Origin: an uncultured Methanosarcinales archaeon | GTDB taxonomy: Archaea; Nanobdellota; Nanobdellia; Woesearchaeales; ARS49 | DNA: 64,000 nt | Reading direction: 5' to 3' | Assembly (NCBI GenBank): GCA_964497645.1 | Contig: CAZCCU010000002.1 | Location: 3,525-67,524, forward strand | Shown: positions 1-10,723 of the stretch, piece by piece | Layout: each line of letters opens with the position of its first letter | How positions within the stretch are numbered: position 1 is the first letter of the stretch | Made by a program: the position numbers and the translations under genes | The notes under the pieces: generated by a model | What the model was told of the DNA's origin: nothing | The model's input: the letters and a program-made list of their open reading frames with translations, nothing else | Database searches by the model: none

Positions 1-140
1 ATTCAAACCTTTGGAAGAGCGCAACCACCTCACAGACATATTCCCAAAACTAGCAGCAGCTAAACGTGAAATTTCAGAAGGAGAAAAAACTGAAGTCCGC
101 AAAAGAGACGACACCACCAGAATAATGCCGGCAGGCATTC

Positions 141-155
141 GGTAAGATTTATAAA
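141..155 (+). promoter_or_regulatory. BRE/TATA promoter (GGTAAGATTTATAAA)
   Basis: Purine-rich BRE plus TTTATAAA about 24 nt before the ATG at 179; the same motif recurs before many genes in the window. Confidence 0.6.
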
Positions 156-178
156 CATCACAAATAGACCTTTCTACC

Positions 179-1552
179 ATGAAAAGAGGTACACTGATAT
201 TTTGTATAGTAACACTTCTTCTCCTTGCAGCCTGCGGGAAAGCAGAATGCAAAAAAGATCCAGACTGCGTAAGAGCTCATTTCACAGGAAAATGTGTTGA
301 AAAGAAATGCGTTTACACGCCCATTCCGAATGAATGCGGAAACAAAAAGTGCGAAGAATCAAACAAAGAAGACAAGTGCAACTGCCCGCTCGACTGCGGA
401 TTATGCGAAGGAAAAGTAGACGGAAGCCAATTCTTAATCCAGCAATGCGTACAAGACAAATGCATAGAAGACGTAGAAGAATCACAAGTCAAACCAATCT
501 TCAGCTCGGTAGACATAACCAACGCGGGAGACAAGTTCAAGATTGACACAGTATACAAGCAACCGTTCAACATGAAAAAAGACACCTTCAGCATAACAGT
601 CATGCTATCCGACCAAGGACCAAGCAACAGCGATGAACACATAATCAATGCAGAGCTCACAGCAACAACAAAGGATAAGCGAACAATAACACTCTCACGC
701 ATAGACATTGACAAATACCTATGGACAGAAGGAAGCGCAATCCAAGAAGGACTCATAATAGATTTCCCAACAGTAGAACTTGAAGGAGAACTCACCAATG
801 TCGTATTAAAGGTCCAATACGAATATGCAATAACACAATCCGGCAAGAAAACAGTAAAACAGGCAGTATTACAGAACCGGTACAAGGAAAAATTCATCTT
901 TGTAAGACCAGGCGCGAGCTATCCATGTCCGGCAAGCTGCGATGACAAGAACGCAGGAACAAAAGACACGTGCGGGCCGCAAACAAGTTTCTTCTGCAGT
1001 CATGAGCCAATACCAAACGCGTGCGGAAACTTCAAATGCGACGGCAGTGAAAACAGATGCACCTGTCCAACAGACTGCGGAGTATGCCCGGGAAGCGCAG
1101 GAAACTTCCTAGACTACGCTTGCCAGACGAACAAATGCATCACCAAACTCAAAGCAGGAGTTTCCGTGCAGTCAAAACCATTATTTGATGACAGAAGCCT
1201 CGGACCAGTGCAATTACACAACAACTACAAATTCAACAGCCCATTCAACATCAAAGAAGACTCATTCAACCTCGACTTCAAGATTTACAGGATAGATCCA
1301 AGCGTCACAGGGTTTACGATAGAGACTATCAGAATCCTTGAGGGCGCCCAGCAATTCGTAGAAGTCGCCGTTGACCAAGAACTCGGAGACACTCCAACAC
1401 CAGTCGTAGTAAAAATACCAAGCATCCAGCAACCAGAAGAAGAACATTCTCTGAACATAGGAGTCTGGTACAAGTACATGCAAGACGACAAGGAAAAAAC
1501 AGGCAACTTCCAAAAACCACTTGGAAAAATAACGCTGATTAACCCAGGATGA
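179..1552 (+). CDS. Cys-rich exported (lipo)protein with internal duplication
   Basis: Signal/lipobox LLAAC; two copies of a CGNxKC..E..C.CP.DCG.C module, each followed by a beta-rich domain. Confidence 0.75.
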   Translation: MKRGTLIFCIVTLLLLAACGKAECKKDPDCVRAHFTGKCVEKKCVYTPIPNECGNKKCEESNKEDKCNCPLDCGLCEGKVDGSQFLIQQCVQDKCIEDVEESQVKPIFSSVDITNAGDKFKIDTVYKQPFNMKKDTFSITVMLSDQGPSNSDEHIINAELTATTKDKRTITLSRIDIDKYLWTEGSAIQEGLIIDFPTVELEGELTNVVLKVQYEYAITQSGKKTVKQAVLQNRYKEKFIFVRPGASYPCPASCDDKNAGTKDTCGPQTSFFCSHEPIPNACGNFKCDGSENRCTCPTDCGVCPGSAGNFLDYACQTNKCITKLKAGVSVQSKPLFDDRSLGPVQLHNNYKFNSPFNIKEDSFNLDFKIYRIDPSVTGFTIETIRILEGAQQFVEVAVDQELGDTPTPVVVKIPSIQQPEEEHSLNIGVWYKYMQDDKEKTGNFQKPLGKITLINPG

Positions 1553-2208
1553 TGAACAAAAAAAACAGTCTTTTTTTCCCGCGAGGAAAAAAAGGCATGG
1601 AATTCAGCATCGGAATGGTTGTAGGACTCATACTCTCAGTCCTCATCTTCTCAATGTCAGTATATCTCGTCTTCAAATGGTTCGGCTCGGCAGGAGACAT
1701 CAAAGCAGAAATAGACAGGCAAACCCACGACCAAATCATGGCAGCGCTGAAAACAGGAAACCAGCTGGTAGCCATACCGATCTCAATCCAAGAAGCAAAG
1801 AGAGGCAGTGCTGCCATTTTCGGAGTCGGAGTAAGAAACATCGCATCAGAAGATTCGTTCAGCATGGCAGTCTCATTCTCAGGAGCGTTCACGCCGGATG
1901 GAAAACCAATACCAGTCGACAGGCAGCACATCGACCAGAAATGGATAGGCACAACAGAAACAGTGGACACGTTTACCCTGAAAAAAAATGAAGAGAAACT
2001 GATACCATTACTTCTCAAAGTAGATGTCAACACTGCACCAGGAGCACAAACACAAAAAGGAGATTATGTTTTCAATTTCTGCGTGTACAAAAAGCCATTA
2101 ACCTCGGATGGTAAAGCGCCTGCGCCGTGCAGTAAAGAACAATTCCAACTAAGCGCAGACGCGTTCTACACCAAGAAGATATACCAGATAGTGATCAGAG
2201 TGATATGA
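1549..2208 (+). CDS. pilin-like protein with class III signal peptide
   Basis: KKG|MEFSIGMVVGLILSVLIF: basic residues, Gly cleavage site, hydrophobic helix; ATGA overlap with upstream gene. Confidence 0.6.
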   Translation: MMNKKNSLFFPRGKKGMEFSIGMVVGLILSVLIFSMSVYLVFKWFGSAGDIKAEIDRQTHDQIMAALKTGNQLVAIPISIQEAKRGSAAIFGVGVRNIASEDSFSMAVSFSGAFTPDGKPIPVDRQHIDQKWIGTTETVDTFTLKKNEEKLIPLLLKVDVNTAPGAQTQKGDYVFNFCVYKKPLTSDGKAPAPCSKEQFQLSADAFYTKKIYQIVIRVI

Positions 2209-2834
2209 AATACGACGCTATAGTGCTCATTGGAGGAGGACTGAAGAAAAACGGCGCTTTTCCACTCTGGGTTAAAAGAAGAATAGCGAAAACGCTGGAA
2301 TTATTCAACGGCAAAGAATACATAATTGCGACGAGCAGAGCAACATCGCACAAAGCACCGCCACTTAAAAAAGGATTTCCCGTTGATGAATCAATAGCAG
2401 CTGCTAAATATCTCATACGAAAAGAAGTGCCTGCAAACAAAATATTGGCTGAGACAGTCTCGCTGGACACGATAGGCAACGCTTACTTTGCAAGAGTAAT
2501 ACATACAGAACCGCGAGGGCTAAAAAGACTGTGCGTGATAACTTCAGAATTCCACATGCCACGCACAAAAGCGATATTTGACTGGGTTTTCGGACTAAAA
2601 CCACTTCATAAATATAAGATAAATTATGTAGAAGTATCTGATAAAGGCATTGATGCAGAATTGATGAAAGTCCGATATGCAAGAGAAAGACAAAGCCTGA
2701 AAAAAGTTCTCGCAAACAAAAAAAGCATCACGACCTTGGCACAATTTCATGCATGGCTGTTCACAAAGCACGAGGCGTACGCGCCCGGACTCAAGCCCAA
2801 AAAAGTTAAAGGCAAAATATTAGAATCCTACTAG
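2205..2834 (+). CDS. YdcF/ElyC/SanA (DUF218) family protein
   Basis: DAIVLIGGG, E..S.DTIGNA and VITSEFHMPR motifs. Confidence 0.85.
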   Translation: MKYDAIVLIGGGLKKNGAFPLWVKRRIAKTLELFNGKEYIIATSRATSHKAPPLKKGFPVDESIAAAKYLIRKEVPANKILAETVSLDTIGNAYFARVIHTEPRGLKRLCVITSEFHMPRTKAIFDWVFGLKPLHKYKINYVEVSDKGIDAELMKVRYARERQSLKKVLANKKSITTLAQFHAWLFTKHEAYAPGLKPKKVKGKILESY

Positions 2835-3097
2835 CACATCCTTCCCTTATGCGCAACAGGACGGTCACGGAAGGTTTTTCTCAGGTAAATCATATCAGCA
2901 GACGCCTTTTTCACAGTCTCCTGGTCTTTGGTCACGTTTCTTAATTGAAGAAGACGCCTTATAACGGGAGCGTAACCATCACGCTTGACCAACCTTTCAA
3001 GAAGCAACCTTCTTTGACTCTGAGGTAGTTTCTTGCTCCAGCCGCCAAGCTTCCCAGACTCGAAGTGCGCCCACTTGCGAATGTATTTCTTCGGCAT
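2831..3097 (-). CDS. small basic hypothetical protein
   Basis: 88-aa Lys/Arg-rich ORF filling the gap, with convergent stop overlap. Confidence 0.6.
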   Translation of the reverse strand: MPKKYIRKWAHFESGKLGGWSKKLPQSQRRLLLERLVKRDGYAPVIRRLLQLRNVTKDQETVKKASADMIYLRKTFRDRPVAHKGRMC

Positions 3098-3195
3098 AAT
3101 CTGCCATTATGCAGTCTAAAGATAAAATAGTTCATAGTCACGAAGGAGTGAGCAGAGATATCATGTTAAAATTAATAATTGAAAAAAATAAAAAA

Positions 3196-4809
3196 TTATT
3201 GTTTACGGTGCCCGTATGCTACAATCACGATCAAACTAACAATAGCCAGCAAAGCAATTATGAACGTCGACGTGCTGAAAGTACCTTCAGGCAAGTTCAT
3301 AACGCCAGTCGCTGCAGGGAACGTAACTCCCCCTGTGAATAGTGCCACAGGTGATGGCGATACAGACGTGAAAGTATAGGGGCAATCACAACGCACACAA
3401 TTCTTATTGTTGTTTGCATTGTCGTTAGCATTCTTGAGACACTCTTGGTATGCGCGCCAAATAGCGCCGGCAAATGCGGTCGGATGAATTGAAAGCTCAA
3501 CATTCTTTGCGGCTTCCAAGTCGGCAATACTAATGAAGTTGTTGCCAACGCCAGTATTGCCGCAACCAGGCGCATAGACCAAGGTAGTTCCGATCACAGA
3601 GCCATGTCGGACATTGAGTGTCATAGTTGCAAATTGTACTGACAGCATGTATGCCATGTTAGTGGCAGTACCGCCCAAAAGCCACTTCTTGAGGGCTGTC
3701 TTGCCAGCGCTTATTTGCGTAGCTGTCGGAGTAGGGCAGTTTGCAGTGGCAACAGGATCGAAGTCCGACCCATCCGCGTTTCTTAGGTTCAGAGCGGTCA
3801 GGGCGCAGAGGTCTGATCCTGTGATCAAGGCCTGGCCGTTCTTGTTGGACCAAAAGCCGAGTGTGAAGCCTCCGCACGCTCCGAGGCAGACATTACCAAA
3901 CTCAACGAGCGCAGGTGGAGGAAGCGTTACTTCTACACTTGTAGGTGTTGTATCAATCCAATTCATTTCCAGCGGCACTCCTTCTACTACAGTATAGGTG
4001 CCTGGTGGTAAAAATTGGCTGAAAGGCGTTGATTCTTCGTTGCCATTGATGAATATCTGCCAGCCTGGAAGGTCATTGAAGTCATCATTAACGCCATTCA
4101 CGTTCGCATCGCAGAATTTGATGACTGTCAATAGGAATGATTGTCCAGGACAATTTGTGAAGAAATCAGTTGGACAAGGTAAGCATGGCTCTGGACTCTC
4201 TACTGAGCTCGTAACAATCGAACAAGATGAGCATGAGCTCGTAAGACTGCCACTATCCAGCGCATTGTTGATGCTGTCGACAACACTGTTGAGGCCTGAT
4301 ACAGTCCCACCGCACGTTGCTGAAGCAAGCAGCGCTCCTCCTAAAACAGATTCAGCGTCTGCTAAAATGGCACCCACTGTATTTCCAGCGCAGGGTCCAA
4401 CACCGACAATAAGGCTTGCAAGCCCTGACGGAGTGTCTCCATCGTTGGACATATCTACTGAGATTGCAAGTGCTAATACTTGTCCCGCGAATACTCCTGC
4501 TTCAGTTGCCAAAGGATCAGTATGATCCATTGTGAGTACACCAGGCGTGCCAGACGCAGGCAGGAAGCTTGTAATATCGCCAGTGCCGGAAAATGCAATC
4601 GTAAATCCATCGCCAATAGTGAAAGGCGTTTCTGAGTTATCCTCAAGAAAGCAACCTGGCTGATCTGGCGGGTGTGAAGGCTCAGGGCAAGCACTTCCCC
4701 AACCACCTTGTGTACGTGTGCAGGGAATTGGAGTGTCTTGAGCACTCACCATCGCGACGCTCATCAATGCAATTGATAATATTGTTATTAAAGTTAGAAT
4801 TTGTTTCAT
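3196..4809 (-). CDS. membrane-anchored secreted protein, two related modules flanking an SdrD-B/Cna-like domain
   Basis: Signal peptide; TQGGWG/TLGFWS and QVLALAISV/QFATMTLNV repeats; KFCDANVNG..LPGWQI..PGTYTVVE; C-terminal TM helix. Confidence 0.7.
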   Translation of the reverse strand: MKQILTLITILSIALMSVAMVSAQDTPIPCTRTQGGWGSACPEPSHPPDQPGCFLEDNSETPFTIGDGFTIAFSGTGDITSFLPASGTPGVLTMDHTDPLATEAGVFAGQVLALAISVDMSNDGDTPSGLASLIVGVGPCAGNTVGAILADAESVLGGALLASATCGGTVSGLNSVVDSINNALDSGSLTSSCSSCSIVTSSVESPEPCLPCPTDFFTNCPGQSFLLTVIKFCDANVNGVNDDFNDLPGWQIFINGNEESTPFSQFLPPGTYTVVEGVPLEMNWIDTTPTSVEVTLPPPALVEFGNVCLGACGGFTLGFWSNKNGQALITGSDLCALTALNLRNADGSDFDPVATANCPTPTATQISAGKTALKKWLLGGTATNMAYMLSVQFATMTLNVRHGSVIGTTLVYAPGCGNTGVGNNFISIADLEAAKNVELSIHPTAFAGAIWRAYQECLKNANDNANNNKNCVRCDCPYTFTSVSPSPVALFTGGVTFPAATGVMNLPEGTFSTSTFIIALLAIVSLIVIVAYGHRKQ

Positions 4810-4857
4810 GTTACCACCCCTATTTTTACCAGTTGTTGCTGAATGATGTATTTAAGC

Positions 4858-5319
4858 TTATCTAAACGTCCCAACCATGATGCCTTTCACGTTCACAAAT
4901 GCCACCAGCCACGGGTCTGCAACAGGGTTCGCCGTTCCTTTTGTCCTGTAAAAACTGCTTCCATCCTGGTCAATAATCTCAATAACCATGTGAAGCACTG
5001 TTTTGTCAACAGAAGGCTCGTAAAACGAAATAACATCGCCAATATGGACTTCATCCGCAGACTCCGGAACCTTTTCAAACACGACAGAGTCATGAGTTAT
5101 CAAAGGAGCCATGCTGTCAGAGCTCACCCTGGCATACCTAAGGCCAGGATAAGCTATCTGCACCTCATCAGCATATACTTTGTAAGAATCAAAAGGAATC
5201 CGCTGCGTGCTCTCCACTACAACATCGGTTGTGGCACTTCTAAAACCAATAGGAAGAGGCACGTTCAGCGAGAAACCTAAGAACAAAAATACAACCGCAA
5301 TTAACACCCCTTTAAACAT
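4858..5319 (-). CDS. S26 signal peptidase I-like protein (Ser/His type)
   Basis: N-terminal TM, SDSMAP, GDVISF, VLHMV, TKG..N...DP. Confidence 0.75.
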   Translation of the reverse strand: MFKGVLIAVVFLFLGFSLNVPLPIGFRSATTDVVVESTQRIPFDSYKVYADEVQIAYPGLRYARVSSDSMAPLITHDSVVFEKVPESADEVHIGDVISFYEPSVDKTVLHMVIEIIDQDGSSFYRTKGTANPVADPWLVAFVNVKGIMVGTFR

Positions 5320-5471
5320 ACATTTACCCCCGCATAGTTAAGTCGTGGATCTGTTTAAAAAGTTTCGTTGTCACTTCTGAGTGGAGTGGGGAATAAATGC
5401 TCTACCAGTATACAAAAAAGTAAACTTTTTATACACAAAGCCTATTTTACTATCCTAAGAGGGAAAAAAGA

Positions 5472-7346
5472 GTGAAATCACCAGCAGGATTACTATTCGC
5501 AGCATTGCTCGCAATTGCAATCGTTTCTGCAGCAAACGTAACTATCTCGCCCACTGCCATCTATGAAACAACAACTGCCTGGGAGACAGTCGACATAAGC
5601 AATTACAAAGGAACTTCTGTCATAAATGAAGTAGAAGTCGAAACAACAACTTTACCAATCACTGACTCAGAATCATATTTGGGATGGACAAAAGTGCAGG
5701 ATGCAGACAGCGTACTCTGGAAAGACGGAAGCATAGAAACAAACGTCAAAAGCTCAGTATTCGAATTCAAAGTAACCGCGCCAAACGTCAGCGCGGACAC
5801 AACCGAAATCGTAAAAGTCTCTCTGAACTCAATAGCAAAAACATACAACATCACAATTCTCAACGACGCAAGCCCGCCAGACATCACAAACATAAAACCA
5901 GAAAACTACGCCAGAGCAAACAACCCGGCACAATCAGTCAGCGCGACAATCATAGATGAAGAAACAAGCGTCTCAACAACATCATATAAGTGGAGCGACT
6001 GCAGCGGCGAAGACACAACAATAATTCTGACAAAAAGCAACAACACGTACGCAGGCACAGCAGACTTCACAGGCTATGATGAAGGAGAAAAAGCATGCTA
6101 CACATTCACAGCAACAAACGCTCCAGGAGAAACAGCAACAAAAACAGGAGAACTATTATTTGACGGCACTCCGCCAAACGTGACAATAATCTCGCCAACA
6201 ACATTCGCAACAGAAAGCACAACATTCTCATTCACAGCATCAGACAACATAGCAACAGTATTAACTTGCGTGCTGAAGCTCGACAGCACAGAACTGGGAA
6301 CGTATAACGCAAACAACGGAAGCACAAAAACAGCAACCATAGACCTAAGCAACTTCAGCGAAGGCAGCTACACTTGGAGTGTAACGTGCGAAGATGGAGT
6401 AGGCCTGACAGCAACACACGCACAAGCAATACTATTAGACACGCAGCCTCCAGCAATAACTCTCGCCTACAACCCATTCCTTCTCAGAACACGAACAAAC
6501 AATTTCATAGCAACAATAATTGACGCGATAGGACTCGCGAGCGTCAATTCGACATTTGAAGGAAACGACGTTGCGCTATCCCAGTCAGGAAACGCGTACA
6601 CAGGAAGCATCAGCTCAAACACATTAGGAACAAAAACACTGGAAGTCAAAGCAGTAGACGGCGTAGGACACTCAACCACAGAAACAAAAACAATAACAGT
6701 CGTTCCAAACCACCAGATAACACTCACATTGAATCCGTCAACAACAACTGAAGGCACAGCAGTAATAGCATCAGGAACACTCACAACAGACGGAAACGTA
6801 ACAGAAGACGACGTCGCGGTAAAAACGCCAAGCGGAGACTTCACAGTAGAATTAGACGAGAACAACGCGTACAGCATACCATTCAGCGCGCCAAACCCAG
6901 GCACGTACACAGTAACAACAGAATACACAGAAGACGGCTACACGTACAAAGCAGAAGCAACATTACTAGTGCAATCACCAAACGCACAGCGGATAGAAGG
7001 AACCTCTGGCATAGGAGCGGAAGCATGGAGAACGAGCGGGTACGTCAAACCAGACGATCCACTGCCAACAACCAGCTCAGACAGCAATAACGCAGTAATA
7101 CCAGACGAGCCAATAGAACAGCCAACCGCGCCTCCACCAGCAGAATACGAGCCGCTGCCACCAGAAGCACCAAGAGACGCGCTCATACCAAAAACAACAG
7201 GAATATTCACGCTAAGCAAAGGCATCAAATGGCTCGCACTACTCTTAGCACTGGCACTTATCGCAGGCCTGGGAGTTTACGCTTACAAGAAACGACCAAA
7301 AGATGACTCAGGCATTGACTGGAACGGGTACTTCAAAGGAAAGTAA
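5472..7346 (+). CDS. surface glycoprotein with Ig-like repeats and C-terminal TM anchor
   Basis: Signal peptide, DxxPP-delimited beta repeats, Pro-rich linker, TM helix followed by KKRPK. Confidence 0.75.
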   Translation: MKSPAGLLFAALLAIAIVSAANVTISPTAIYETTTAWETVDISNYKGTSVINEVEVETTTLPITDSESYLGWTKVQDADSVLWKDGSIETNVKSSVFEFKVTAPNVSADTTEIVKVSLNSIAKTYNITILNDASPPDITNIKPENYARANNPAQSVSATIIDEETSVSTTSYKWSDCSGEDTTIILTKSNNTYAGTADFTGYDEGEKACYTFTATNAPGETATKTGELLFDGTPPNVTIISPTTFATESTTFSFTASDNIATVLTCVLKLDSTELGTYNANNGSTKTATIDLSNFSEGSYTWSVTCEDGVGLTATHAQAILLDTQPPAITLAYNPFLLRTRTNNFIATIIDAIGLASVNSTFEGNDVALSQSGNAYTGSISSNTLGTKTLEVKAVDGVGHSTTETKTITVVPNHQITLTLNPSTTTEGTAVIASGTLTTDGNVTEDDVAVKTPSGDFTVELDENNAYSIPFSAPNPGTYTVTTEYTEDGYTYKAEATLLVQSPNAQRIEGTSGIGAEAWRTSGYVKPDDPLPTTSSDSNNAVIPDEPIEQPTAPPPAEYEPLPPEAPRDALIPKTTGIFTLSKGIKWLALLLALALIAGLGVYAYKKRPKDDSGIDWNGYFKGK

Positions 7347-8156
7347 ATGGTGCTGGAACAATTCCTTGACAGAAAACTAGTCATAAAGCACTTTCCCTTT
7401 GTCTTCATTCTCAGCGCAATCTACGTATTCGTCGCATACGCAGTCCAAACACTGTTTTTTCCAGGCCAAAGCATAGCAACAGTTCTACTGCTGACAATAC
7501 TGCTTGTTCCCAGCCTGCACCATCTGATAGTAATCGAAGAAAAAATAGAAAGAACAGGAGCCTCGCACTTCTGGAAAAAACACCGCACGATAGTAAAGTG
7601 CTATGTAGGAGCGTTCTTCGGACTTCTAGCCGGATTTTTAGCGCTCGGATTTGTCAACTCGGAAACGCTCTCATTCCAAATAAGCCAGCTCGAACAAGAC
7701 CACCTGAAACCAACCGCAATCGAAAATTTTGCAGGCAGGCCCTACATTCCAGACGTCCAAACAGCAATCGCACTATTCTCGCACAACGTAAGGTACTTGC
7801 TTATCGGATTCATACTATCAATCTTTTACGGAGCAGGATCGGTTTTCCTAATAGCGTACAACGCATCATTCTTCGCAGCATTTGTAGTAGAGTTGTTTTC
7901 ACGATGGACAACAGCAATACAGATGGCATCAATATCACTGGTTCACCTGCTTCCAGAAAGCACGGGCTACATTCTGACCGCAATAGCGGGAGCGACACTA
8001 TCGCGCGCCATCATACACGAAAAATTAGCCAAAGCGCCATTCAGAAACGTGCTCAAAAACTGCTTCATCCTGCTCGTACTAAGCCTGATATCGCTCCTTT
8101 TAGCAGCATTTATAGAAACATACGTGACTGCAAGCGTGTTTCACAGAATGATCTAG
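7347..8156 (+). CDS. SpoIIM/DUF95 family membrane protein
   Basis: Multi-TM; LFSHN, YNAS, HLLPE and AAFIE motifs. Confidence 0.75.
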   Translation: MVLEQFLDRKLVIKHFPFVFILSAIYVFVAYAVQTLFFPGQSIATVLLLTILLVPSLHHLIVIEEKIERTGASHFWKKHRTIVKCYVGAFFGLLAGFLALGFVNSETLSFQISQLEQDHLKPTAIENFAGRPYIPDVQTAIALFSHNVRYLLIGFILSIFYGAGSVFLIAYNASFFAAFVVELFSRWTTAIQMASISLVHLLPESTGYILTAIAGATLSRAIIHEKLAKAPFRNVLKNCFILLVLSLISLLLAAFIETYVTASVFHRMI

Positions 8157-10111
8157 TTTTTCTCGAAAATGAGCTTCTTGAGACCGTTTAGAATCATTTC
8201 ATTGTTATCCAATGTTTCACCAGCATTCCTGTATTGAATGCCAATCTTATCTGCAGGGATGCCTGAAAGCATTGTCCTTGCAGATTTGATCTTATCAAAC
8301 AATCCATTAAACTCGGCTTCCTCAATTGGCTTTTTCTGCAGCTCTGTTTTGTCGTCATATCTTTTCTGAATTGAGTCAATGCCGTCAAGAATCGGTCTGA
8401 CGAATGAGCTTTGCACAGTGTTGAACATGTCAACAAATGGGCCATACGCTTCGAATTCTTTTTTCAACCCTGTATATTCCTCGACGAGAACAGGGTGTTT
8501 TTGCTTAACGTCATCATTTTGCACGGCTGTTTCTGCCCTTTTAAGACAGTCCCCAAACGCAACATAATCCTGAGAATCATTATATTTCTTTGCGCCCCTC
8601 AGCAATCCTGTGGCGCTCTTGTTGGACAATGCGACATTCACATCTCTTTCCAAAGTGCCGAGCCTGTCCTTAAGAGGGTCATACCTCACTGTTTTTGGAA
8701 GTTTTTCAAATAGTTCTTTGATACGTGCTCCGGCCTCAGTTAGCTCTCCAGTTTCATAGAGTCCGTTTATCTCAGCAATAGTTTGCTCAATAGTTTTGTA
8801 ATTCAGACGCGTATCCAGTTCCTGTTCTTTGTACCTGAGTTTTTTTCTTTGCCTTCGTGTTCTGTCAAGCTCTGCCTGGAGTTCAGCAGGTGTGAGCTGC
8901 TTTTGATCTCCCTGCTCGGCATGCTTTTGTTTTTTTATGATGTCTCCCAGTTCTGCCTTCATTTCACTCATTTTCCACCGGTCACCAGGCACTTTCGAAC
9001 GTGCGACTTCAATAGTTGTCGCGAATTCAGGCGAAATACCAGTTCCGTGCTCCCAGACATATGATGGATGAGGGACGTCAAGCTGTCCGAGCGAGTGAGC
9101 AAGAACTGTGAAGTCTGTGATTTCGTATGCCCTCTTTCCAGTAACTGCAGTGTAAAGAACGGTTCCTAACTGGAAAGTATCGGTTTCTTCAGTTATCTTT
9201 TCAGCACGAACCTGTTCAGGCGCCATGAAATGAGGCGTGCCAACGGGTTTGTTTTGAAGTGTGAGCCCCTCATCATCATCAACCCATTTGCCGATGCCAA
9301 AGTCTATAATTACAACACTGCCATCTTCTCGTATCTTTATATTTGCAGGTTTGAGATCGCGATGAATAACGCCTTGTCCGTGCGCGTACTGCAATGCGTC
9401 AGCGAGCTGATACCCGATCTTGGCAGCCTGATCCAACGGAACCTTTTGGCCCGGCAACTGCTTCTGCAACTCGTCAAGGGTTTTTCCCTCAATCCACTCG
9501 AATAGAAGGCAATATCCCATTTTGGGATCGTTCACGATTCCAAGGCGCTTGACGATGTTCTTGTGATGCAACTTTTGCAGTATGAGGTTTTCCTTTTGGA
9601 ATCTGCTTATGAATTCCTTTTGTACAGAAGCATCCAGTTCTTCGTTTTCTCTTGTGCGAGGCTTAAGCACCTTGACGGCAAGCTGGCTGCTTTCCAAGAA
9701 ATAAGGATCGATAAGCTCAAGGAGTGAATGGTAGTGCTCTTTTGCGGCTTTAGGATCTTTTTTATGAAGTTCGGCATACTCCTGCCACATCGCGTACGCG
9801 GCAGTATAGATTTGTTTGATGTGATCTTTGTCCGTGATAGGCTTTGGAACCCAATCATCGAGTTTTGTCGTTGGAGCTTCAAATGGAATGTCGTTCAGGC
9901 CAAAGAGCACAGGGTTTTCCTCTCCCCAGACCATACGTTCCGCGAGAATCGACATCGCGTTTCCCCTCTTGGCGCGCCAGACTTCGCCCATTCCGCCATA
10001 CGCAACGAGCTCTTCAAGAAAAGCAATATTATTCTTTAAAGCAATAGGCTGTGGAGAGACAAGTATGGTTTTATCGCCTAGTGGACCTCCACCTGCTCTC
10101 GTATCCGTCAT
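8153..10111 (-). CDS. Hanks-type Ser/Thr protein kinase with C-terminal helical region
   Basis: GGMGEVW, AVKVL, HRDLKPAN, DFG, GTPHFMAPE, D.FQLG. Confidence 0.92.
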   Translation of the reverse strand: MTDTRAGGGPLGDKTILVSPQPIALKNNIAFLEELVAYGGMGEVWRAKRGNAMSILAERMVWGEENPVLFGLNDIPFEAPTTKLDDWVPKPITDKDHIKQIYTAAYAMWQEYAELHKKDPKAAKEHYHSLLELIDPYFLESSQLAVKVLKPRTRENEELDASVQKEFISRFQKENLILQKLHHKNIVKRLGIVNDPKMGYCLLFEWIEGKTLDELQKQLPGQKVPLDQAAKIGYQLADALQYAHGQGVIHRDLKPANIKIREDGSVVIIDFGIGKWVDDDEGLTLQNKPVGTPHFMAPEQVRAEKITEETDTFQLGTVLYTAVTGKRAYEITDFTVLAHSLGQLDVPHPSYVWEHGTGISPEFATTIEVARSKVPGDRWKMSEMKAELGDIIKKQKHAEQGDQKQLTPAELQAELDRTRRQRKKLRYKEQELDTRLNYKTIEQTIAEINGLYETGELTEAGARIKELFEKLPKTVRYDPLKDRLGTLERDVNVALSNKSATGLLRGAKKYNDSQDYVAFGDCLKRAETAVQNDDVKQKHPVLVEEYTGLKKEFEAYGPFVDMFNTVQSSFVRPILDGIDSIQKRYDDKTELQKKPIEEAEFNGLFDKIKSARTMLSGIPADKIGIQYRNAGETLDNNEMILNGLKKLIFEKN

Positions 10112-10288
10112 TTCTTCACTCCTTCCTCGCCTGTGATTCTATGTCTGGCATACTGTGTCTTCACCGCCAATATGCAGAATTCCCCTTTTTCTACAATAAA
10201 AATAAGCAATGGCGGTGTTCTATATATAGTTTTTGACATACGGAATTTATAAATGTTTCGGTATTTTTACTACTGGAAGGTTGTTAAA

Positions 10289-10723
10289 ATGGGAAGATTT
10301 AAAAAAAGAGACGATATTCAGGAAGTTATGGCAACAGGCGGAAACTTAGAGCTCAGGATGCATAATACATCACTCTACGCCTCAACAACTCATGACGGAC
10401 AGAAAGTTTACAGGGCAATAAACGCATTTGCTTCGTTTCTCGATGTAATAAAAAATCCCGGTCCACAAGCCATCAAAGGCTTGTTCCACCTAGCATCAAA
10501 GCGACTGCTGCCATACAACCATGTAAATTCACTGCTTCTGAGCGATGAAAATCCATGCAAAACTCCGATGGACGTATGTGAAGTTGTCATAGACGTATAC
10601 CGCAAACTCGTATTGCATAATGCCAATCCGACCCATCGAAAACTTATTTCCAAAGGAGCAGTCAGGATATTGCACGCGAACAAATATGAGATTCTTAAAT
10701 TTAGAGATTACGCGCTGCGTTAG
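10289..10723 (+). CDS. hypothetical protein
   Basis: ORF 10253-10723; the TATA at about 10246 favours the ATG at 10289. Confidence 0.55.
   Translation: MGRFKKRDDIQEVMATGGNLELRMHNTSLYASTTHDGQKVYRAINAFASFLDVIKNPGPQAIKGLFHLASKRLLPYNHVNSLLLSDENPCKTPMDVCEVVIDVYRKLVLHNANPTHRKLISKGAVRILHANKYEILKFRDYALR

Noticed and set aside
10162..10217. 8-bp inverted repeat CACCGCCA/TGGCGGTG upstream of the kinase
   Set aside because: Short, widely spaced and single-copy; insufficient evidence.
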